Virus record (IMG/VR): IMGVR_UViG_3300045988_135371
Span: 1 to 63,256 of that record
DNA length: 63,256 nucleotides
Source: a virus
Direction: 5' to 3' (one strand)
The position numbers were made by a program, and so were the translations under genes. Of the stretch, positions 14,552 to 23,890 are shown in pieces. Position 1 is the first letter of the stretch. Each line of letters starts with the position of its first letter. A model generated the notes under the pieces. The model had not been told where the DNA came from. It was given only the letters and a program-made list of their open reading frames with translations, and ran no database searches.

Positions 14552-15025
14552 ATGACTTTAAATGTAGATAAAAAGAACGCTTTAAAGGCTTGGAGAGAAG
14601 CGGACAATAAAGGAAAGCAGATGCTCGAAAATCTATACGGCAAAGAAATATTTGCCAATCAAAACGTAATGGATAGAATCAAAACGTTTGAAGACGCAAT
14701 GGAAGAAACAGGAAGAAAAGATGTCCCTGATTTTTCAGATTTGCCCAAAGACATGCGCAAGCGTTTCATTGCGTTATATAAAATGGAAGTTATTACGGAA
14801 GCTCTAAATGAAGGCTGGAAAGCAGACTGGGATAACTCGGATGAGAACAAGTATTATCCCTATTTCTTTATGTCTCCTTTCTCTTTCGCTTTCCGCGATT
14901 CGAATTACGGTGCTGCGTATGCGCGTGCGGGTAGCGGGTCTCGCCTTTGTTATAAAACACGCGAACTTGCGGAATATTCGGCAAAACAATTTATTGACAT
15001 TTGGAAAGACATCCAGATAGGATAA
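14552..15025 (+). CDS. Hypothetical protein, paralog B of a tandem pair
   Basis: See paralog A. Confidence 0.6.
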   Translation: MTLNVDKKNALKAWREADNKGKQMLENLYGKEIFANQNVMDRIKTFEDAMEETGRKDVPDFSDLPKDMRKRFIALYKMEVITEALNEGWKADWDNSDENKYYPYFFMSPFSFAFRDSNYGAAYARAGSGSRLCYKTRELAEYSAKQFIDIWKDIQIG

Positions 15026-15073
15026 GCATACAAAGGTCGTCTGCCCTTGTCTCCTTCCTCTTAAAAATAAATT

Positions 15074-15637
15074 ATGGAACAAGAAATTTGGAAAGATATA
15101 ATTGGATATGAAGGGATATATCAAATATCCAGTTTAGGTAGAGTAAAATCTGTGAGCAGATATGTAAACCATATAAATGGAGTAAGACATGTTCATAGTA
15201 AAATTTTAAAGCCTAATAGTTGTTCTCTTTATTTAAATATTAGTCTTAGTAGAAAATGTGTAATGAATAGATTCACTATACATAGGCTTGTAGCTAAAGC
15301 TTTTATTCCTAACCCTAATAATCTTCCACAAGTTAATCATAGAGACGGCAATAAATTTAATAATAAAGTAGAAAATCTTGAATGGTGTTCTTCCTCTGAT
15401 AATCAAAAACACGCATATAGAATTGGGTTAAAAAAATCTCCTAATTTAGGCAGATTCGGCAGTCTAAATCATTCATCTAAAGTTATAATACAATATAGTT
15501 TAACAGGAGTGCCAATTCAAGAATACGGAAGCACAAGAGAGGCTTCCAGAGTTACTAAAATAAATCAAGGAACTATAGCAGCATGCGCAAGAGGGGAAAG
15601 AGCATCAGCCGGTTCTTATAAATGGAGATATAAATAA
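15074..15637 (+). CDS. Free-standing HNH homing endonuclease (NUMOD4 + HNH_3 + NUMOD1-like)
   Basis: IWKDIIGYEGIYQISSLGRVKS, HRLVAKAFIPNPNNLPQVNHRDGNKFNNKVENLEW, C-terminal IENR-like repeat. Confidence 0.85.
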   Translation: MEQEIWKDIIGYEGIYQISSLGRVKSVSRYVNHINGVRHVHSKILKPNSCSLYLNISLSRKCVMNRFTIHRLVAKAFIPNPNNLPQVNHRDGNKFNNKVENLEWCSSSDNQKHAYRIGLKKSPNLGRFGSLNHSSKVIIQYSLTGVPIQEYGSTREASRVTKINQGTIAACARGERASAGSYKWRYK

Positions 15638-15750
15638 CCAAATTCAGCCGCAGAAAAGGTCAGAGCTATTACCGTACTAAAAGCCGTGAGAGAAGCGAAG
15701 TGCGCACCGTTTCCCTTTAACCTTGTGCGGGCGGTCTAAAAAAATTATTT

Positions 15751-15936
15751 ATGGAAAATAAAGTGAAACAGTCTTCAAAGAATAAAGAGGAAAACCTCTT
15801 GAACGAAGATAGAAAAGCCTCTAATAAAAGGCTGAAACAATATTCCGCTCGTATTTCATTGGGATATACAGAAGAGAGCCTGGAAGAAGAAAGAAGAAAC
15901 CTCTGCCTTAGTCAGGGATTATCAAGACGTTGTTAA
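15751..15936 (+). CDS. Hypothetical small protein
   Basis: 61-aa ATG ORF, charged. Confidence 0.4.
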   Translation: MENKVKQSSKNKEENLLNEDRKASNKRLKQYSARISLGYTEESLEEERRNLCLSQGLSRRC

Positions 15937-15955
15937 ATTTAAAATTTATTATATT

Positions 15956-16843
15956 ATGCCAATCGTAAAAAAGAACGACGTTCTACCTGAACGTCCTGTT
16001 ATTATTGTACTTTATGGAGTACCGGGAAGTGGAAAGACAAGTGTTGCTACAACAGCTGATACCCCCTTACTGATTGATTGTGACAGAGGCGCCGACCGAG
16101 CAGTGCAGCGTTGCGATACTATAATGGCTAAAAACTGGAAAGACATAGACAGCGAGCGTGAATCAATGAAAGACTATAAAACAATTGTGGTTGATACAGC
16201 CAAGTCTATGCTTGACGATTATTTGAGCCAGTATGCCATTGAAAATAACTATAAGTTAAAAACAAATTCTTTAAAACGCTTCGGACAGATGGGCGAAGAT
16301 TTTAAAGAGTTCGTCAACTTCCTTCGTTCAAATGGTTCTGATATTATATTTATCTGCCATGATAAAGAAACAGCAGACGGTGATGTGATAAAGCACTCTC
16401 CGGATTGTACCGGACAATCTAAAGACCTTCTTGTTAGAATTGCAGACCAAGTGGGATATGTATTTATCCAAAATGGAAAACGCTGTATATCTTTTGCTCC
16501 GTTAGATAATTTTGTAGGGAAAAATGTTGCCGGGCTTGAAACTGTTACGATTCCAGATTATGGCACAGCCCAATTTGATACTTGCATGTCTGACATCGTT
16601 TCAAAAGTCAAAATATCTATTCAAGGAAAAGGAGAAGCACAAGTAAAAGCTAATGAGCAACTTGCGGCAATACGAGAGCAACTTGCGGCTGCAATGACTG
16701 ACGAAGATATTATCGCATTAATGGAAGCGACCAAGACGCTACCTAAAATCATGCAATTACCGTTCTTCTCTGAAATGCAAAAAAATCTTGCTACAAAAGG
16801 ATACGCATTCGACAAGGATAAAAAAATGTTCATTAAAGCATGA
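15956..16843 (+). CDS. Sak4-like / AAA_24 RecA-fold ATPase (single-strand annealing protein)
   Basis: Walker A YGVPGSGKTS, LLIDCDRGA, IVVDT, FICHDKE. Confidence 0.65.
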   Translation: MPIVKKNDVLPERPVIIVLYGVPGSGKTSVATTADTPLLIDCDRGADRAVQRCDTIMAKNWKDIDSERESMKDYKTIVVDTAKSMLDDYLSQYAIENNYKLKTNSLKRFGQMGEDFKEFVNFLRSNGSDIIFICHDKETADGDVIKHSPDCTGQSKDLLVRIADQVGYVFIQNGKRCISFAPLDNFVGKNVAGLETVTIPDYGTAQFDTCMSDIVSKVKISIQGKGEAQVKANEQLAAIREQLAAAMTDEDIIALMEATKTLPKIMQLPFFSEMQKNLATKGYAFDKDKKMFIKA

Positions 16844-17580
16844 AACCACTTATAAGGGTAACACAACTGGAAGCATTTCGAAAATACATAGAGCAAAGCG
16901 ATTACGCCAGTTATGAGATAACAGAGCAGTCTGTTATTGACAGTATAACTGGTGTTTTCACTGGAAATTTCTATACGAAAATCGGGAAGGCTTTCCATAA
17001 AATTATAGAAGAGGGTGCGCCGAAATGCGAAAAGGTTGACGCTGGGGAACGCACCTTTCTATATTACAGTAAAGAACAAAAAGAACCTGTACCTTGCGGA
17101 AGGTCATTTGATATAGAAGGCGATAAAGTTATTATGGATATTCCGCAATGCAAAACCGCACTTGCTTACCGAGGCGAATATCCGAATGCCTTCCATGAGA
17201 TACGGTTATATAAGGATTTTGGAGATGCTATTATAACAGGATGTGCCGATATGATAGATGGTATAGAAATAAGAGATATTAAAACCAAATATTCTCATCC
17301 CACTGATGCCGATTACATAAATTCTTGCCAATGGAAATTTTATCTCCAATTATTCAATGCAGATATATTTCATTTTGATTTGTTCATATTTGAAGGATAT
17401 GATAAAGAGAAGCATGGATATGATGTCAGAGGTATTCCGTTGAAACGTTATGAGCCTGCAATAACATGTTATCGCTACGATGGCATGGAGCAAGATAATT
17501 ATAACCTGCTTTACTTATTTCTTGAATGGGTAGAGCACAGAGATTTAACCAAGTATTTACTTAAAGAAACAATAGAATAG
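16840..17580 (+). CDS. Putative PD-(D/E)XK-family nuclease (recombination exonuclease)
   Basis: GCADMIDGIEIRDIKTK fits D...(D/E)xK. ATGA overlap with the Sak4-like gene. Confidence 0.45.
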   Translation: MKPLIRVTQLEAFRKYIEQSDYASYEITEQSVIDSITGVFTGNFYTKIGKAFHKIIEEGAPKCEKVDAGERTFLYYSKEQKEPVPCGRSFDIEGDKVIMDIPQCKTALAYRGEYPNAFHEIRLYKDFGDAIITGCADMIDGIEIRDIKTKYSHPTDADYINSCQWKFYLQLFNADIFHFDLFIFEGYDKEKHGYDVRGIPLKRYEPAITCYRYDGMEQDNYNLLYLFLEWVEHRDLTKYLLKETIE

Positions 17581-17584
17581 CATT

Positions 17585-17884
17585 ATGATTTTAACAGGAA
17601 GCATTTGTCTTAGTGACATTCCCCGTGAGCAAATGAAGAAAGTAGTCTGCAAAGACGGGAAAGAGAGAATTTATTTAAATGTGGCGGTTATCGAACGCAA
17701 GGAGCCTTCACAGTTTGGGCACACCCATTTTATTACGTGCGCCCCCAAACAGGAAGAACGCAAAGAGGGCACGCAATATATTTTTGGAGATTTCAAGGAA
17801 TATAGGCCTGTTCAGAGCAGTCCAACGCCGGAACAAGTTGCGGAAGCTCCGGGATTATCCCCGCAAGATGATTTGCCATTCTAA
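17585..17884 (+). CDS. Small non-canonical SSB-like protein with acidic C-terminal tip DDLPF
   Basis: The C-terminus PQDDLPF mimics the SSB tail DDDIPF. Sits in the recombination module. Confidence 0.4.
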   Translation: MILTGSICLSDIPREQMKKVVCKDGKERIYLNVAVIERKEPSQFGHTHFITCAPKQEERKEGTQYIFGDFKEYRPVQSSPTPEQVAEAPGLSPQDDLPF

Positions 17885-17890
17885 AATATT

Positions 17891-18328
17891 ATGCAATACG
17901 ACCTATCCAACCCACTCCACAAAGAGCAGTTCAAAATACGATGTAACCATCTATTCTCAAAGGGTTGCATTGTGGAACTGACGGAAAAGAAGCCTAAAAG
18001 GACAACGCAGCAGAACAAATACCTGCACACCCTTTTAGGCTTCTTCGCTTGTGAGACGGGGAACACGCTGGAATACGTAAAACAGAACTATTACAAAAAG
18101 TTAGTAAATCCTGCAATATTCACCCGTAGGATTAATGATAAGTTTTTGGGAGAAATGGAAGTTTTACGTAGTTCCACTGATTTAGATACAGCGGAAATGA
18201 CGACGAGCATTGAACGTTTTCGTAATTGGGCGAGTGCCGAATGCGGCGTTTATCTTCCAAGTCCTGATGAAGAGAGGTTATTGCAATTAATGGAGATTGA
18301 AATAGACAGAAACAAAACGTTTATTTAA
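17891..18328 (+). CDS. NinB/Orf-like recombination mediator
   Basis: KRTTQQNKYLHTLLG and SSTDLDTAEMTTSIERFRNWA parallel lambda Orf RSLDQNRKLWACLG and STSRMRVGEFAELLELIQAFG. Confidence 0.5.
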   Translation: MQYDLSNPLHKEQFKIRCNHLFSKGCIVELTEKKPKRTTQQNKYLHTLLGFFACETGNTLEYVKQNYYKKLVNPAIFTRRINDKFLGEMEVLRSSTDLDTAEMTTSIERFRNWASAECGVYLPSPDEERLLQLMEIEIDRNKTFI

Positions 18329-18423
18329 AGTAGAAAATTATGAATACATGGCTTAAGGTGAAACTCATTACAGGGGAACAGCAGGAAATAAGATTAATAG
18401 AAAACAAGAAAGAGAAATAATCT

Positions 18424-18990
18424 ATGAGCGAACAGAAAAACAACTTCGACAAGAAAGTACAGATGCACTTGGCTTGCTCAAAAAATGAACTGAGAAAAGA
18501 AATGCAATGCGTCTATTTCAAAGATGGATTTGCATACGCAAGTGATGGTATCATTCTCGTTAAAAACAGAATATCCGAAATATCAGGATTGGAAGGATAC
18601 GAGGCAGAAGCACTTAACGGGAAATTCCTTCATGCCGACTTATACAAGGATATGTTGAAATACGACAATATTATGATTGCGGAAGATGGTATCGAATGCA
18701 GTAAAGGTGATGATAAGGTATTCTTCTACTTTTCTAAATTTGATAAATTTCCAAATGCAGAAAAAGTATTGCAGAATGCGCTTAATATGAAGCCTGTACC
18801 ATTGCCGCAGTTTAGCTTTGATATGAAAGTTATTCAACGGCTTAATAAGGCCCTTTATGAAAGTGACAAGTGTACCGCTATGTTCAAAGGTACTAACCAA
18901 CCTATTGTATTTTACAGCATGATAGAAAATATCAGTAGCGTAGGATTATTCATGCCTTGTTATACTGATGAGGAAAATGGAGATAAATGA
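18424..18990 (+). CDS. Hypothetical protein, weak resemblance to a sliding-clamp (DnaN) domain
   Basis: ACSKNELRKEMQCVYFKDGFAYASDGIILV resembles the DnaN rp-L-gV...ATDGhRL block. Low certainty. Confidence 0.3.
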   Translation: MSEQKNNFDKKVQMHLACSKNELRKEMQCVYFKDGFAYASDGIILVKNRISEISGLEGYEAEALNGKFLHADLYKDMLKYDNIMIAEDGIECSKGDDKVFFYFSKFDKFPNAEKVLQNALNMKPVPLPQFSFDMKVIQRLNKALYESDKCTAMFKGTNQPIVFYSMIENISSVGLFMPCYTDEENGDK

Positions 18991-19499
18991 TTATATCCCT
19001 AATAAATAACCATACTTATTAACTAAAAGCCCTCTACTCGCGTAGAAGTCCCGTGAAAGGTTCGGGTTAAGTGAAATCAGCTAACAGTTAACTATCCCGG
19101 TGTGGATTGACCGCCTATCCGGGAGCAAATTTGTTGACCTGCCTGCCCGGTCTGTGAAGATATGGTAGGAAAACGGGGAATATGGTAGCGTTGAACGTAT
19201 TGGACGGTTATTCTTTTTGATTGCCAATTATTTTGTTTTAAAATTAGTATTAGTTATTCATTAGTTTATTATCCTTTACCATCCAGCAAAACAACGTGTT
19301 CTGTTCGATTCGGAACTTCCCCACTAACTACAACTCATTATGAAACTTACAATAACCAAATCCGAAGGTGCAATCATTCAGAAGCTTATTGCAGACCGAA
19401 AGTCAGACATTCATAATTTGGAGGTGACAGCAAACAGGCAGAGCGTCTAAGTAAGCTGAACAAGAAGATTGCAAGGCAGATAAAGAAACAATATAAGAC

Positions 19500-19685
19500 A
19501 TGAGTCCTTACGTAATAACTTCTGCGGTTCTTATTACCTATGACGGAAAGAAGATACCGTTGGAAAACATAGAGAGTGAAATAATGACCCGACCTATCCA
19601 GTTGACTAAGGAGAGGATACTTGATGCTTTCTCCATGATGAAAGATAAACCGGTGGATGTGGAACTTAAAATCAAATATATATGA
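19500..19685 (+). CDS. Hypothetical small protein
   Basis: ATG ORF; the next gene overlaps its stop by 4 bp (ATGA). Confidence 0.45.
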   Translation: MSPYVITSAVLITYDGKKIPLENIESEIMTRPIQLTKERILDAFSMMKDKPVDVELKIKYI

Positions 19686-19972
19686 AGAAAAAAAGAGAGT
19701 ATATTACAATCACAACCGAGACGGACATATATATAGACGATTATCTCGATGATTTTATGACCGTTGCCTCTGATGAAGATTTGATTGAAGAAATAGAAAA
19801 ACGAGGGCATGTGGTATATAAAAAAGGAATTCCTATTACTCCTTTTGGAGAGCAACCTATTGAATTTAACAATCCAGCCGATTTAAAAAGGCATTTATGC
19901 GACATAGCCAATGTAGGCTATTGTATATCCAATGAAGAACTTATCAATGAAATAAAATCAAAACTACCATAG
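19682..19972 (+). CDS. Hypothetical protein
   Basis: 96-aa ORF, acidic. Confidence 0.5.
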   Translation: MKKKREYITITTETDIYIDDYLDDFMTVASDEDLIEEIEKRGHVVYKKGIPITPFGEQPIEFNNPADLKRHLCDIANVGYCISNEELINEIKSKLP

Positions 19973-19982
19973 ATTTGAAGAA

Positions 19983-20444
19983 ATGAAATCAAAATACTTT
20001 GCAAGGAAAACAATAAACAAATACGGAACATTCGACAGTTCTCACGAATATCAATATTACATTTCTCTTTTGGACAGGCAGAAGAAAGGCGAGATATATG
20101 GGCTTAGAAAACAAGTAAGCATAGAAATTATACCCAAACGTGTTGTGGATGACATAAAGCATCTAAAAACGAAAGACAAAGCGATAAAACGTGTGGATGA
20201 GCATAATGCGGTTTACACTTGTGATTTTGCCTATTACGACAATGTGATAGACAAATATGTAATGTTAGAATTTAAGTCGCCAATAACGGCAAGACTTCCC
20301 GATTATATTTTGCGAAGGAAGCTTGTCAAACAAGCAATAGATAGACACAACAAGCGTAAGGCGCTTAAGCATTGGGTGTTTGTTGAGGTAATTATGGATG
20401 ACAAGGGAAGGAAGAAAGTAAGCAAATATAAAGGAAAAGATTGA
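19983..20444 (+). CDS. DUF1064-family endonuclease (putative Holliday-junction resolvase)
   Basis: KYGTFDSSHEYQYYISL...GEI..L...VYTCDFAYY...MLEFKS follows the DUF1064 pattern. Confidence 0.65.
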   Translation: MKSKYFARKTINKYGTFDSSHEYQYYISLLDRQKKGEIYGLRKQVSIEIIPKRVVDDIKHLKTKDKAIKRVDEHNAVYTCDFAYYDNVIDKYVMLEFKSPITARLPDYILRRKLVKQAIDRHNKRKALKHWVFVEVIMDDKGRKKVSKYKGKD

Positions 20445-20466
20445 CAAATGGTTATTTGAAAGATGT

Positions 20467-21174
20467 ATGACAATGGCAAAAGATAGCTTTATACTATATA
20501 AGTCTTTCTACAAACCTATATCAAGATTATCAGATAAACAGCTTGGACGATTATTCCGTGCAATTTTCAAGTATCAACTTGGCGAGGAGGTTACGGTAGA
20601 GGAGGACATTGAAATGGCATTTGGTTTCTTTATCAACCAATTTGAGATAGACGAAACTAAATATCATGGCATTGTCGAGAGAAACCGGAACAACGGGCGT
20701 AAAGGTGGTGCTCCGATTGGGAATAGCAACGCAAAATCGAAACAACCCAAACAACCCAGTGGGTTAAATTCAACCCAAACAACCCAAAACAAGCCTAATG
20801 AAAATGATAATGAAAATGATATAGAGAAAGAATCTCCTAACGGAGATAAGAAAGCGATTCCCAAAAACAAGGAAGTTGATTTGTCTTTTGTTGATGAGGA
20901 TTTTAAAGATGCATTTAGGGAATGGCTTGAATATAAGCGCGAGCGAAGGGAAAACTATAAATCTGCTAAGTCGCTAAAAATGTGCTATAATCATCTATTA
21001 GAGTTAAGTGACAACAACCCACAAAAAGCAAGATGTATTGTTGAGCAATCAATAGCAAACAACTATTCCGGATTATTTGAACTAAAAAATTATGGAAAGA
21101 ATCGGAAACCTGATACTGAACCAGACAAAAGCTCCGCCGGTATCAAATCAATTGTCTTCGGTAAACAAAGCTAA
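20467..21174 (+). CDS. Putative replication initiation / replisome-organiser protein (DUF6291-like N-terminus)
   Basis: SFILYKSFYKPISRLSDKQLGRLFRAIFKYQLGE. Lies directly upstream of the helicase-loader-like gene. Confidence 0.4.
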   Translation: MTMAKDSFILYKSFYKPISRLSDKQLGRLFRAIFKYQLGEEVTVEEDIEMAFGFFINQFEIDETKYHGIVERNRNNGRKGGAPIGNSNAKSKQPKQPSGLNSTQTTQNKPNENDNENDIEKESPNGDKKAIPKNKEVDLSFVDEDFKDAFREWLEYKRERRENYKSAKSLKMCYNHLLELSDNNPQKARCIVEQSIANNYSGLFELKNYGKNRKPDTEPDKSSAGIKSIVFGKQS

Positions 21175-21205
21175 TCAGAAACAATGGAGCAAGGAACAGG
21201 CTGAT

Positions 21206-21793
21206 ATGTACTGGCGCAACCAACTTGTAATTTCTATGAAATCCATTTCACCGACCTTTACAATTGATGACAGCAACCGCCAACTGTTGAAAGCTCTTTA
21301 TCAATGGATATGGGGAATGCCTGGAATACTTGATTTAGATAAGGGACTGTTATTACACGGTTCTATCGGGGTAGGCAAATCCACTTTACTGAAAGGGTTA
21401 CAGAATTATGCGGCGAAAATTGCCCGCTATTGTATTGGCGGTGCGGATGCCGGATTGACCTTTCAATTTACCAGCGCTGCCGAGATTGCCTTACAGTTTG
21501 CCGAGAAGGGAATTGCCGGGTTAAACCAATACACAGACAGGTCATGTATGCACAATCTTGCCATTGACGAAGTAGGTAGGGAGCCAATGGATGCCAAGCA
21601 CTTTGGTACGGGCATCAATGCCATTCAGACCGTTTTGCAACTGCGCTATGAGCAGAGATATTGTTTCTACACCCACATGACTACCAATCTTGACCCGAAC
21701 ACGGAGTTTTCCGGGCGGTATGGGGATTATATTGCCGACCGGGTTAAGGAGATGTTCAATGTGGTTAAAATTGAAGGTAAAAGCCGAAGATAG
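21206..21793 (+). CDS. DnaC/IstB-like AAA+ ATPase (helicase loader)
   Basis: Walker A HGSIGVGKSTL and Walker B AIDEVGRE. An alternative ATG at 21092 would overlap the previous gene by 83 nt. Confidence 0.7.
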   Translation: MYWRNQLVISMKSISPTFTIDDSNRQLLKALYQWIWGMPGILDLDKGLLLHGSIGVGKSTLLKGLQNYAAKIARYCIGGADAGLTFQFTSAAEIALQFAEKGIAGLNQYTDRSCMHNLAIDEVGREPMDAKHFGTGINAIQTVLQLRYEQRYCFYTHMTTNLDPNTEFSGRYGDYIADRVKEMFNVVKIEGKSRR

Positions 21794-21952
21794 ATGGCAA
21801 AGAAAAAAGAACCCCTCTCCCCCGTCCACTGCTACCAATGCTCATACGCCAAAGACTTTATCGGAAACTCATGCCTCTGTAAGGCTAAAGGTCATAGGGT
21901 ATGCGCATGTGACAGGTACGGAAGGATATGTGAGAATTTTAAGAAAAAATGA
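21794..21952 (+). CDS. Cys-rich 52-aa protein (zinc-binding?)
   Basis: Below the track cutoff. CYQC...CLC...CAC...C pattern. Its start abuts the previous stop. Confidence 0.4.
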   Translation: MAKKKEPLSPVHCYQCSYAKDFIGNSCLCKAKGHRVCACDRYGRICENFKKK

Positions 21953-21954
21953 TT

Positions 21955-22122
21955 ATGGACACAGAACTTGAAAAGAAAATCGAACAATTGGAGCAGCAGC
22001 GTGATAATGCGATGCGCATACGCTGCCCGTTAGTGGCAAAGAAGTTTCAGCGCATGATTGACGAGCTTGCCAAAGAGAGCAGAAACAAGAGTATGGATAA
22101 GGCAGAATACGCAAAGCAATGA
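21955..22122 (+). CDS. 55-aa coiled-coil protein
   Basis: Below the track cutoff. ATGA overlap with the next gene. Confidence 0.4.
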   Translation: MDTELEKKIEQLEQQRDNAMRIRCPLVAKKFQRMIDELAKESRNKSMDKAEYAKQ

Positions 22123-22751
22123 CTACCGATACAGCAACCAAGATAATCAGCAAGTATGAGAGCCTTGTGGTACTCTGCACTTACAACATTCTCTTCACGA
22201 ACGACATCTGTTGCGGGCAGGTTATCGAGAGCCTGCATGCGATGAAGAGAACGCCTTATTACAGACAGGCATTCAAACGGCATTTGAATGATGCCGACAA
22301 GGCAAGAAAGGAATATGAGCGTACTGTAAACAGCGTTATCGGTTCAGACCGGAGCGAGTTCTTCGCTGACTGCAACGACAAGTACACGGAAGAAGTGAAC
22401 AAGCACGTGGATATGTTGTACTGGCAGTTCAAGCAGGTTCTTGACGATAACGGCGTATCTCATTCCGCAGAGATTGCAAGATTTGAACTTGCAAGGACAT
22501 TGTGCGATTACTCCTGTATTCAGTTCGACGAAAGGATTAAAGAACTTCGGAAGAAAGATGCACGGTTCAACGGGTTTACGTTGGAATATTTGAAACTTTC
22601 CAATGTGGCAAGGATGATGAACCTTGCTTCCGACAGTTTGAAAATCGGGAAAACGGTCAATATGAACACAGAACGATGCACATCCGCATTTGATGTGCTG
22701 GTAAGAAAACTGTCGGATGCCGATAATATTGCCAATGCGATAAAAGTTTAG
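22119..22751 (+). CDS. Hypothetical protein
   Basis: 210-aa ORF, no motif recognised. Confidence 0.55.
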   Translation: MTTDTATKIISKYESLVVLCTYNILFTNDICCGQVIESLHAMKRTPYYRQAFKRHLNDADKARKEYERTVNSVIGSDRSEFFADCNDKYTEEVNKHVDMLYWQFKQVLDDNGVSHSAEIARFELARTLCDYSCIQFDERIKELRKKDARFNGFTLEYLKLSNVARMMNLASDSLKIGKTVNMNTERCTSAFDVLVRKLSDADNIANAIKV

Positions 22752-22863
22752 TGAAATGAAACTGATTTATAACCTTATAACTCTCCTCATGGACTGGCTT
22801 TCGGTAGAGGTCGGAAAGGATGAAGAGTGGTTCTGAGATACGAAAACGGAAAAATATCAAACT

Positions 22864-23553
22864 ATGCCTATAAGTGAAGTATATAACTGTGATAGAATGG
22901 ATTTTCTATCTAAGTTTCCAGATAAGTTTTTTGATTTGATAATAGATGACCCGCCTTACGGAATTGGAGAAGATGGCGAAAAGAATGGTACTCGAAGCAA
23001 GATTGCCATATCAAAGTCATATATCTGTTATTCCGGAAACGATAAAGATGCACCACCCAAAGAGTATTTTCAAGAACTTATTAGAGTTTCTAAAAAGCAA
23101 ATAATATGGGGAGCCAACCATTTTATAAGCCGTATTCCTTTTGATAGCAGTTGCTGGATAGTTTGGGATAAAGATAATGGAATGAATGATTTCGCCGATT
23201 GTGAATTGGCATGGACTTCATTTCCGACTGCCGTCAGAAAATTTAAATATAGATGGCACGGAATGCTACAGGAAAACATGAAGAACAAAGAAATACGCAT
23301 TCACCCTAATCAGAAACCTGTTGCGTTGTATGGATGGTTGCTTAATAATTATGCGAATCCCGGGCATAAGATTGGAAGTCCTCACATGGGTAGTCAGAGC
23401 GATAGGATTGCTGCCTATAAACTTGGGTTTGATTTCTGGGGATGCGATAAGGATAAACACTACTTTGAAGCGGGTAACATTCGTTTTCGTCAAGAGTGTT
23501 TCGGAGAAACAAAAACGAGTAAAGGCACTTTGGTTCAGGCCAGCCTATTTTAA
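22864..23553 (+). CDS. DNA methyltransferase, N4/N6 class (DPPY)
   Basis: DLIIDDPPYGIG, HPNQKPVALYGWLL, GSQSDRIAAYKLGFDFWGCD. Confidence 0.85.
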   Translation: MPISEVYNCDRMDFLSKFPDKFFDLIIDDPPYGIGEDGEKNGTRSKIAISKSYICYSGNDKDAPPKEYFQELIRVSKKQIIWGANHFISRIPFDSSCWIVWDKDNGMNDFADCELAWTSFPTAVRKFKYRWHGMLQENMKNKEIRIHPNQKPVALYGWLLNNYANPGHKIGSPHMGSQSDRIAAYKLGFDFWGCDKDKHYFEAGNIRFRQECFGETKTSKGTLVQASLF

Positions 23554-23566
23554 TAGTAATAGAAAT

Positions 23567-23890
23567 ATGAATGTTCATCAGACAGTCCCCCGCTCCGATT
23601 GCACCTCTTTCGCGAAATGTGGCAAGCATTCCCTTGCTTATTGCCGGAAGTACGGTGCATCCGAATGCGGCCAGTGTGAGATAGTGAAACGGAAGCCGAG
23701 AAACCGGGTGATGGTGGACGGTGTAGAACGCAAGGTATGTAGCCGCTGTAAAAGACTGCTTTTGCTATCCTGCTTCTATGACAGGACAATCTATCGTAAT
23801 GGGAAAGCATACCACATCAAGACCTCATGGTGTAAAATGTGTGTTTCGGAAGACAATCGGGAACGGAATGAAAGGAAGAAATCGAATTAA
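23567..23890 (+). CDS. Cys-rich hypothetical protein
   Basis: Several CxxC pairs (CGQC, CSRC, CKMC). The start was taken at ATG 23567 after the methyltransferase stop. Confidence 0.5.
   Translation: MNVHQTVPRSDCTSFAKCGKHSLAYCRKYGASECGQCEIVKRKPRNRVMVDGVERKVCSRCKRLLLLSCFYDRTIYRNGKAYHIKTSWCKMCVSEDNRERNERKKSN

Noticed and set aside
9362-15061. 13-nt direct repeat CTCCTTCCTCTTA at 9362-9374 (5' edge of the tRNA-like gene) and 15049-15061, as possible ends of a nested element
   Set aside because: Tens of identical 13-mers are expected by chance in 63 kb and this one is polypyrimidine. tRNA-targeting elements duplicate the 3' end of the gene, not the 5' end.
19174-19323. Split tRNA-like gene: GGGGAA (19175-19180) pairing with TTCCCC (19317-19322) next to a T-arm-like TTCTG-TTCGATT-CGGAA
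   Set aside because: No credible D arm or anticodon arm, and about 110 nt of AT-rich sequence lies between the halves. The acceptor pairing is only 6 bp. It is kept only as a remark under the non-coding block finding.
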